Source: a virus
Virus record (IMG/VR): IMGVR_UViG_3300032294_001352
Location: 1-64,000 of that record
DNA: 64,000 nucleotides
Reading direction: 5' to 3' (one strand)
The position numbers and the translations under genes were made by a program. Shown piece after piece: positions 57,157 to 64,000 of this stretch. A model generated the notes under the pieces. That model saw nothing but the letters and a program-made list of their open reading frames with translations, did no database searches and was not told the origin of the DNA. Numbering within the stretch: position 1 is the stretch's first letter; each line of letters opens with the position of its first letter.

Positions 57157-58341
57157 ATGGACATTCAACGCAAAGCCAAAATTGCGGCACAACAGACGTT
57201 GTTTGATGTGCAACCAAACTGGAAAGACTTCTGGTGGGATATGCCTGCCTTTGAGCAGCAGGATGCAAGAGCAACCAAGACCATCAGTGTTCACTTCCTG
57301 ACCATGGATGACTTCTATGAGTTTTGTGCGGCACTTGATGTGAAGTTGACTCCGAAGTCACTCTCACTCTGGTACCCACCACAGCAACGGATGAATGGTG
57401 AGTATCTGTACACTGGACCACAGGTAGATGCACGCTATCCGGTGTGCATTCCATCCAAGGGGCGCTGGGATAACCACAAGACTGCGGCAGCACTTGATCG
57501 GATGGGTGTGTCATACCGGTTCTTTGTAGAAGACACAGAGGCTGATGCGTACATCAACGCACTTGGGGCTGAGCGTGTGGTGGTCATGCCATTCCATGAT
57601 CTTGGCCAAGGCAGCATTCCGGCCAGAAACTTTATCTGGGAATGGGCAGTCACGCATGGATATAGGCGGCATTGGGTGATGGATGACAACATCGTCAACT
57701 TCAAGCGGATCACTAACAATCGACGAGTGAGAGTTCGCACTGGCATGTTTTTCCGTGCCATTGAGGATTTCGTGGATCGCTATGACAACATTGCGTTGGC
57801 TGGTCCGCACCATGACGGTTTCGTCAAAGATCGCTATCCTCACAAGCCACCAGTCATCTTTAATCGCCGCATCTACTCATGCATCCTGATAGACTCCACA
57901 CTTCCATACCGGTGGCGTGGAAAGTACAACGAGGATACCGATTTGAGTCTGCGTGTGCTAAAAGATGGCTACTGCACAGCCTTGTTTGCTGCGCTCACCA
58001 TGCACAAGCCCACGACTGCTGGCGGCAAGGGGAAACCGATGAAAGGGGGAAACACCGATACCGTTTATAACACGACTGATTACCGATTGGCCTTTGCTCA
58101 GTCACTGAAAGAGCAACACCCTGACGTGGTGGAAGTGACGTGGAAGTTTAATCGCTGGCACCACCATGTGGATTACACACCGTTCAAGAACAACCAGCCT
58201 ATACTCAGAGCGGACATCACGCCAAAGCCTGGCACCAATGAGTATGAGATGCGTTTAGTCCGTGCGGCAAGTGGTGACATTGACGTGGATCTTGATGACG
58301 ATATTGATACTGACATGATAGAAGATGAGGATGACGTATGA
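57157..58341 (+). CDS. TET-associated-type (GT-A fold) DNA glycosyltransferase
   Basis: YPVCIPSKGR, ARNFIW, HWVMDDNI, YSCILI, WRGKYNEDTDLSLRVL, GGNT. Confidence 0.72.
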   Translation: MDIQRKAKIAAQQTLFDVQPNWKDFWWDMPAFEQQDARATKTISVHFLTMDDFYEFCAALDVKLTPKSLSLWYPPQQRMNGEYLYTGPQVDARYPVCIPSKGRWDNHKTAAALDRMGVSYRFFVEDTEADAYINALGAERVVVMPFHDLGQGSIPARNFIWEWAVTHGYRRHWVMDDNIVNFKRITNNRRVRVRTGMFFRAIEDFVDRYDNIALAGPHHDGFVKDRYPHKPPVIFNRRIYSCILIDSTLPYRWRGKYNEDTDLSLRVLKDGYCTALFAALTMHKPTTAGGKGKPMKGGNTDTVYNTTDYRLAFAQSLKEQHPDVVEVTWKFNRWHHHVDYTPFKNNQPILRADITPKPGTNEYEMRLVRAASGDIDVDLDDDIDTDMIEDEDDV

Positions 58342-59438
58342 AGTTCGTAGTACACCGTGACAATCTCCGTAAGGCCATCTCTATGGTTGGTCATGCCATT
58401 CCGAGTAAGACATCACTTCCGGTGTTGGCCAACATCTTGGTTCAGTCTGATGGTGACACGCGCCTCCGTGTTGCGGCAACGAACTTGGAGTTGGGGATTA
58501 CCTGCTGGATTCCGGCCACCATCACGGAGCGTGGTCAAATCACCGTACCTGGCAAGTTAGGTGGTGACTTGGTCAACAACCTGCCCAGTGAACCTATCCA
58601 TGTGAATGTGGATGCTACCAGTATCCGAATGCAATGCGGCAAGTTTGACAACACCATCATGGGATTGTCAGCAGAAGATTTCCCCACGCTGCCCAAAATC
58701 ACGCATCCATCCATCACGCTCCCACGCGCGTTTGTGGATGCGATTGATCATGTCATTGTGGCTGCAGCCACGGATGACTCTCGACCAGTGCTCACGGCCG
58801 TGCGTATCGTGGTGAATGAGCACTCCGTGGAACTGGTCTGTGCTGACGGATTCCGTTTGGCACGCACCACGTTCACACTGAGCGAACCTGCGGCACCTAC
58901 GGAGATTCTTGTACCTGCACGCACCATGGCTGAAGTGCTGCGGATTATGGGCAATGCTGAGTCTATCACCATGGCCATTAGCCCCAACAACAACCAAGTG
59001 GCGTTCATCTCTGAGGATGTGGAGATAGTCAGCCGTGTCATTGAGGGAAAGTATCCTGACGTGGCGCGTGTCATTCCCACGGAGTTCCAGTCACAGTTCG
59101 TCTTTGAGATTGATGAACTGCGTCGTGCTTCTAAAGTTGCGGCATTGATGAATCCTGCGTCTGGTGTCAAGTTGATGATCACGCCAATGCACATTGCACT
59201 CATTAGCAGTGGCCAGAGCATCGGTACTGGTCAAGCATTGATTGGTGGAGTCCACGAAGGTGCGCCACATGACATCAACCTGAACGTCAAGTACTTGCAG
59301 GATGCGTTGAATGCAGTGCAGAGCGCAGGCGGCACCCAAGCAGTGTTGCGGACCACGAGTAGCACTGCCCCAGCCATTCTTCAAGCCGTAGGCAATACCA
59401 ACTACGTTCACGTTGTAATGCCGATGATGGTCCGATAA
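58338..59438 (+). CDS. dnaN: DNA polymerase III beta sliding clamp
   Basis: LPVLANIL, ATNLELGI, DFPTLP, RPVLT, DGFRLA, GKYPD..RVIP, VMPM. Confidence 0.93.
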   Translation: MKFVVHRDNLRKAISMVGHAIPSKTSLPVLANILVQSDGDTRLRVAATNLELGITCWIPATITERGQITVPGKLGGDLVNNLPSEPIHVNVDATSIRMQCGKFDNTIMGLSAEDFPTLPKITHPSITLPRAFVDAIDHVIVAAATDDSRPVLTAVRIVVNEHSVELVCADGFRLARTTFTLSEPAAPTEILVPARTMAEVLRIMGNAESITMAISPNNNQVAFISEDVEIVSRVIEGKYPDVARVIPTEFQSQFVFEIDELRRASKVAALMNPASGVKLMITPMHIALISSGQSIGTGQALIGGVHEGAPHDINLNVKYLQDALNAVQSAGGTQAVLRTTSSTAPAILQAVGNTNYVHVVMPMMVR

Positions 59439-59496
59439 TCAGTGAATGCATGGGTGGCTACGCTGCATGGTGTGGCCACCCACAGGAGCAATACAT

Positions 59497-60450
59497 ATGT
59501 CATGGCAAAACCGGATTGTTGGCTATGCTAACGTACCAACCAATGAGTTGCAGGCCAATCCACGCAACTGGCGCGTGCATAATAAGCGGCAAGAAGACAC
59601 ACTGGCTGATGTACTCGGCGAAGTCGGGATCGTACAGAACATTGTGGTCAATCAACGTACTGGCCTCGTGGTAGACGGCCATCTCCGTTTGGCACTTGCG
59701 ACCAAACAAGGCCAAGCGGAAGTACCAGTCACGTACATTGATGTGACTGAGGAAGAAGAAGCCATCATCATGGCCACGTTTGATCCAGTTGGTTCACTTG
59801 CGGCAACGGATAAACAGTTGCTCCAAAACCTGCTTGATACCATGCCAGCACTGCCAACGTGGCAGGAGATGTTTGACACCATCATTCCACCAGTGATTCC
59901 GATGGATCTTCCACCACTTGTGCCAATCACCTACGATAACGCTGCGGAGCGGCAACCAGTAGACAAGTCAAAGAACCTGCTTGGTGATGCACTCAGTACC
60001 ACGTACAAAGAACCAAAGGAAGCCAAACCGGCCAAGCAGCCGTGGGAATATGATTACGAGAAAGACGATCCTGATGATGACGTGGATGATGAACCGTCAC
60101 TTAGTGGCCAACCAGCCAAACTGAATCCCTCATACACGCCACGGATCGGCGAAGTGTGGATGATTGACACCTGCCATCGAGTGTTTGTGACGGACAATGC
60201 GGCAAACGTGAAATGGATTGATCCTGACTGGCGACCAATCAAGCCAAACAAGTCACCTCACCGGATGATTGACTTGATGCATCGGATGTACCTAGACACG
60301 CAGATAGATGCGATTGCGGAGTGGCGCGTGGTGTCATGCACCGATGCACAGAAGCGGCATACGTGGTATCAGGTGGCCTTACGACCAGACCAAGCAGCCA
60401 TGCTCATTGCACTTGCGGATGACATGCGTATTTCATCGGAGATGATGTGA
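59497..60450 (+). CDS. ParB/Srx-like N-terminal domain protein
   Basis: NPRNWRVH...IVVNQRTG.VVDGHLRL...VPV.YIDV.EEEE. Confidence 0.8.
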   Translation: MSWQNRIVGYANVPTNELQANPRNWRVHNKRQEDTLADVLGEVGIVQNIVVNQRTGLVVDGHLRLALATKQGQAEVPVTYIDVTEEEEAIIMATFDPVGSLAATDKQLLQNLLDTMPALPTWQEMFDTIIPPVIPMDLPPLVPITYDNAAERQPVDKSKNLLGDALSTTYKEPKEAKPAKQPWEYDYEKDDPDDDVDDEPSLSGQPAKLNPSYTPRIGEVWMIDTCHRVFVTDNAANVKWIDPDWRPIKPNKSPHRMIDLMHRMYLDTQIDAIAEWRVVSCTDAQKRHTWYQVALRPDQAAMLIALADDMRISSEMM

Positions 60451-60728
60451 TGGAACTTAGACAAGTAGCAAAGCGCACGGCCACGTTTTACGAGTATCTG
60501 TATCACTACAAGGGATATGATGTGATCGTGTGGAACGCCAAGATAGCAAATGCGGCACCGACAAACCAGAGCAGCAAAGATGACTGGTCATTTTCCGTAG
60601 TCAAGCATGAGCGTCTGCACATCTCGCTACCGAACAGTGGCTTCCGTACACGCAAAGAAGCGCTCAGTGCTATTCCGGCCTATGTGGAGCAAGTGATTGC
60701 GTTTTATGCGGCAATGAAAGTAAGATAA
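60447..60728 (+). CDS. Hypothetical protein
   Basis: Coupled ORF, followed by a hairpin at about 60744-60779. Confidence 0.55.
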   Translation: MMELRQVAKRTATFYEYLYHYKGYDVIVWNAKIANAAPTNQSSKDDWSFSVVKHERLHISLPNSGFRTRKEALSAIPAYVEQVIAFYAAMKVR

Positions 60729-60785
60729 GATGCAACAAAAAATGGCGCACCCCTGCTGGTGGTACAGGAGTGCGCCTTTAGTGTA

Positions 60786-61139
60786 TCAAATATTTTGATC
60801 AGTTTCAAATTGAGTCATAACGTAGGCTTTGAAGCCAGCATTTACCAGTGCACGTTGGAACGTGTGCGCCCACACACGCTTGGAGCGTATATGCGGCATT
60901 GGTGATGACTTCATTGCAACGGCCATCCACTTCCACGGAACAACTTCAGCCGGAGCAAAGAGCAGACCAGCATCCACCGGTTCTGCACCCAACTTGATGG
61001 CCACAGACATGCAGCGCGGAGGAACGTCAGTCACTACTACGCAGTCACCACGCAGCCGTGGATCGTCACGTTCGTATGCAGCAACGGTAGCCTGCTGATT
61101 GGCCATCACCAACAACTCTCGAAATACACTAGACTTCAT
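60786..61139 (-). CDS. Hypothetical early protein
   Basis: Behind the repeated promoter at 61160-61201. Confidence 0.6.
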   Translation of the reverse strand: MKSSVFRELLVMANQQATVAAYERDDPRLRGDCVVVTDVPPRCMSVAIKLGAEPVDAGLLFAPAEVVPWKWMAVAMKSSPMPHIRSKRVWAHTFQRALVNAGFKAYVMTQFETDQNI

Positions 61140-61268
61140 ACGAATCCCTCTCTTTCACTTCAACCTACGTCTATCATATCACCATTTGATATAGTGTGCA
61201 ATACAATTTATTGACAAATACAACATGGTGTAGTACTATGCCAAAGAGTTTACTGAAAGGAGTACCGG

Positions 61269-61742
61269 ATGAATCTGATTCTGAGCACTATTCTACTGTA
61301 TATCACCTGCCAAGGGAACATCTGTCACGTCATTGATGTCACACCAGAGGCTGCTGCGGTTGCGGCATGTGAGTCTGGTGATACGGTGACGTTAGGATCA
61401 GTCAAGTGGAATGCGATTGGCTACAATGGCACATGGTCCACGGATGGTGGTGCATGGCAGTTTAACTCATATTGGATTTGGAATCCGAGCAACTTGTGGG
61501 CACTGAATCAGGTTGCACCACAGTTCGGTATGACTGGTGCGGAACTGGCAGAGTTGTATCCGAGTGCGGCAGTGGCACCAGCACATGTTCAGTACACATT
61601 GTTTGAGATAATCTGGAATGACGGCTATGGCTGGCGCAACTGGTCCGCGTCACAGCCGTGCTGGTCGCAGTGGCTGACGATCAATGAGCGTGACCAGGCC
61701 GTCTGGCGCACGGATGTTTTATTACCAAAAATTGCTCACTAA
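61269..61742 (+). CDS. Lysozyme-like transglycosylase (Rpf/SLT-like) with an N-terminal hydrophobic segment
   Basis: VAACESG...N...DGGAWQFN...W...A...Q...GWRNW. Confidence 0.7.
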   Translation: MNLILSTILLYITCQGNICHVIDVTPEAAAVAACESGDTVTLGSVKWNAIGYNGTWSTDGGAWQFNSYWIWNPSNLWALNQVAPQFGMTGAELAELYPSAAVAPAHVQYTLFEIIWNDGYGWRNWSASQPCWSQWLTINERDQAVWRTDVLLPKIAH

Positions 61743-61753
61743 GGAGGAACACC

Positions 61754-62440
61754 ATGGATGATGATGCACAAAAGTTTTTTCGTGAGTTCACACACATCAA
61801 TGCTGAGATGCAACGAGAGATGACAAAGTCAATGAAGGTGTTCTTTGACGCAATGGGAAAGCCAATCAATGAGGATGCCAATCCAGATACGGTGATATGG
61901 CAGCAAGTGAAACAAGATATGCCACGCTTGTGGCACAAGATGGTTGGGAACTTCCACGCAACGCATGGGAAGCACGTTGCACTGGTGCAAGAAAACATGA
62001 AATACATGGCCACGGTAATGCCAGAGCAGCATGACGCACTGATAAATGCTGCATATCATCATGACAGATCAAAGTTAATTGAACCAGAGTTCACTCCATA
62101 CGTGTGGCGATACTACCGGACAACGTGGCGCGCCCAAGGTGAGCAAGACACGCAGGTAACTACATTCATGGCCGATCCTACGCTCGATCAGGCTATTCGA
62201 GATGCTGTGGTGCATCATGTGACGCACAATCGCCATCATCCTGAATGGCACTTAGATCCAGATGATATGACCACGTTAGACATCGTAGAGATGTGCTGTG
62301 ACTGGTATGCAATGAGTCAGGAGCATGGCACAAGCATTGATGCGTGGGTGGAAAACGTCATCCCTCGCCGATACGCATTTGGCCAAAAGAAAGCCACGGT
62401 GCTGCTAGTGATCAACCTGCTAAAACATCAGCATTCCTAG
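61754..62440 (+). CDS. DUF5662-like HD-superfamily protein
   Basis: H..HV, HDRSK...E, HH...NRHHPE, M...DIVEMCCDW.A. Confidence 0.75.
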   Translation: MDDDAQKFFREFTHINAEMQREMTKSMKVFFDAMGKPINEDANPDTVIWQQVKQDMPRLWHKMVGNFHATHGKHVALVQENMKYMATVMPEQHDALINAAYHHDRSKLIEPEFTPYVWRYYRTTWRAQGEQDTQVTTFMADPTLDQAIRDAVVHHVTHNRHHPEWHLDPDDMTTLDIVEMCCDWYAMSQEHGTSIDAWVENVIPRRYAFGQKKATVLLVINLLKHQHS

Positions 62441-62531
62441 GGAATTGATTTTGATGCAATATTTTATTTGACAAAGTATATAGTTTTGTGCTATGATCAT
62501 CTCAGGTTGATTTGAGTAAGGAGAGTAGCCT

Positions 62532-62768
62532 ATGTCACAGCAGTCACAGCCTCAGTTGCGTATCCGCGTTTCTATCCGTGGTTTTGATACTTTTACTGTC
62601 ACATCCTACCGGATTGTGGATGGGCAGGAAGTGTTGGCCGGTGAGATTACCTACAACGCTCACGACTTTGACGGCTTCATTGACTTGGATAGCCACGACG
62701 TGGATTTCTGCGTGGCCGGCGACGGTTCGCCGATTGCCATCAGCCAACGTGACGATCACCAAGACTAA
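62532..62768 (+). CDS. Hypothetical early protein
   Basis: Behind the repeated promoter at 62468-62510. Confidence 0.65.
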   Translation: MSQQSQPQLRIRVSIRGFDTFTVTSYRIVDGQEVLAGEITYNAHDFDGFIDLDSHDVDFCVAGDGSPIAISQRDDHQD

Positions 62769-62784
62769 AGAAAGGAACCTGCAT

Positions 62785-63051
62785 ATGATGAACGTAGAAA
62801 AAGTGACTGTAGAGATTGTGGCCAAGGATAATGAGTGGCATGTGACCATCACCTGCCCAACCACCGGCTGGCAGGTATCAGAAGTGAAGAAGTTAGAAGA
62901 TCACGCACGCTGGTTTGCATGTCATACGCTGATGACCAAGTGGGCTTCTGGTTGTGTGACGTTCACTAAGCCGATGGAATGCGTCAACATGAACTTGATA
63001 ACCGCGATTCTGGAAGAATATCACCGTGCAAGTAAGGAGTTTCAGTTATGA
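62785..63051 (+). CDS. Hypothetical protein
   Basis: AAAGGA RBS. Confidence 0.55.
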   Translation: MMNVEKVTVEIVAKDNEWHVTITCPTTGWQVSEVKKLEDHARWFACHTLMTKWASGCVTFTKPMECVNMNLITAILEEYHRASKEFQL

Positions 63052-63263
63052 GATTACGCACAATTAACGCTGAGCAAATGGCTGCCATCATCACGGAGAT
63101 CCATGAGTGCATGACTAACGTGATGGATTCCTCACCAATGGCCGTGGTGGCGATCGTAGAGAGCAGCATTCACGAAGATGCACATTGGGATGATGATGCA
63201 CCAGTGACCACAGCATCCATCCTGCAGGCCATAGACGCATGGAAAGCCACGCAACGCGCATAG
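63048..63263 (+). CDS. Hypothetical protein
   Basis: AAGGAG RBS; followed by hairpin AAGGAAGCCA..TGGCTTCCTT. Confidence 0.6.
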   Translation: MRLRTINAEQMAAIITEIHECMTNVMDSSPMAVVAIVESSIHEDAHWDDDAPVTTASILQAIDAWKATQRA

Positions 63264-63456
63264 AATCCCAGTAAAGCCTTTGACGCATAAGGAAGCCAAG
63301 CAATCTGGCTTCCTTTACTAATTTCTTTACTAGTGCTTTACTAGCAGATCGGGATGATGCGTTTTTAGTAAAGAAGATATGCAATATTCTATTTGACAAA
63401 TTATATAGTTTCATGGTAGAATACTTCTAGGTTGATTTGAGCAAGGAGCAACGCAT

Positions 63457-63756
63457 ATGGCCAACACAGCAGAAGTACGGATTTTTGAACCAGGCCTCGG
63501 ATACACCACCATTCCAGCAGCGTGGGTGCCCACGGAGTCACTCCAAGAGTGTCTGACGTGGCTTGACGGTGGTGACTGTATGCGTGAGGCCTTCAAAGAG
63601 TGGGTGCGTAAGTTTGGTGAGCGTGGCAGTGGTGAGTACCACATCAGCCTGCACGTTGACAATGAGCAAATTGGACCAACGGAGATGATTGAGTGGTCAT
63701 TTGCTGATGATGAAATCCAAGGCTTTGATTGGGATGATCGTCGCGATGATGAATAA
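63457..63756 (+). CDS. Hypothetical early protein
   Basis: Behind the repeated promoter at 63393-63435. Confidence 0.65.
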   Translation: MANTAEVRIFEPGLGYTTIPAAWVPTESLQECLTWLDGGDCMREAFKEWVRKFGERGSGEYHISLHVDNEQIGPTEMIEWSFADDEIQGFDWDDRRDDE

Positions 63757-63760
63757 TCCC

Positions 63761-63955
63761 ATGCATCGATACCATCAGTGGGCAGCAGAGCGGATGAGTG
63801 CCATGCCCACTGATGCGTTAAAAACACTGTTGGTCCGTTATCGTTCTATGGCCAAAGACTTCCCATGGACTGACGCAAAAGAGTACGTAGCGATTGTAGA
63901 GCAAGAATTGGTGACGCGCTCACCCAAGAAACGACGGAGTACAAAACATGGATAA
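63761..63955 (+). CDS. Hypothetical protein
   Basis: Short ORF within the operon. Confidence 0.45.
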   Translation: MHRYHQWAAERMSAMPTDALKTLLVRYRSMAKDFPWTDAKEYVAIVEQELVTRSPKKRRSTKHG

Positions 63956-64000
63956 GCAACAGCAGATTGACGAAGTGGTCCAGATGGTTCGTGAGCAACA

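Noticed and set aside
1-64000. Alternative genetic code (stop-codon reassignment)
   Set aside because: Long genes are intact under code 11 and end with TAA, TAG and TGA alike.

Overview
This window is part of a large tailed (siphovirus-like) dsDNA phage genome. The host is probably Chloroflexota, inferred from the style of the DnaN and amidase sequences. It contains a head/tail module at 18.5-39.4 kb (prohead protease-scaffold, major capsid, neck, tail tube, -1 frameshifted tail chaperone, tape measure, Dit-like and tail-tip proteins), a small terminase, an endolysin, and replication and DNA-modification genes (Rad52-like SSAP, initiator, DnaC-like loader, beta clamp, ThyX, glycosyltransferase, PAPS-reductase-like protein). 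Many short early genes sit behind a repeated phage promoter. No portal or large terminase was recognised. The most unusual signals are: (1) ten dispersed genes sharing an N-terminal MGRNR(K/R)K-G-V-G-A-V tag, five of them paralogous GNAT-like proteins, in a phage that also encodes an HDAC-family deacetylase; (2) an ncRNA cluster with a 133-nt minimal tmRNA-like RNA followed 2 nt later by a 162-nt tRNA-like RNA with no anticodon arm; (3) a 1133-aa disordered protein ending in a near-exact copy of a major-capsid N-terminal motif; (4) strong over-representation of TGCSGCA and depletion of AGCT; (5) three tandem perfect DnaA boxes. All calls come from reading motifs by eye; no database searches were run.
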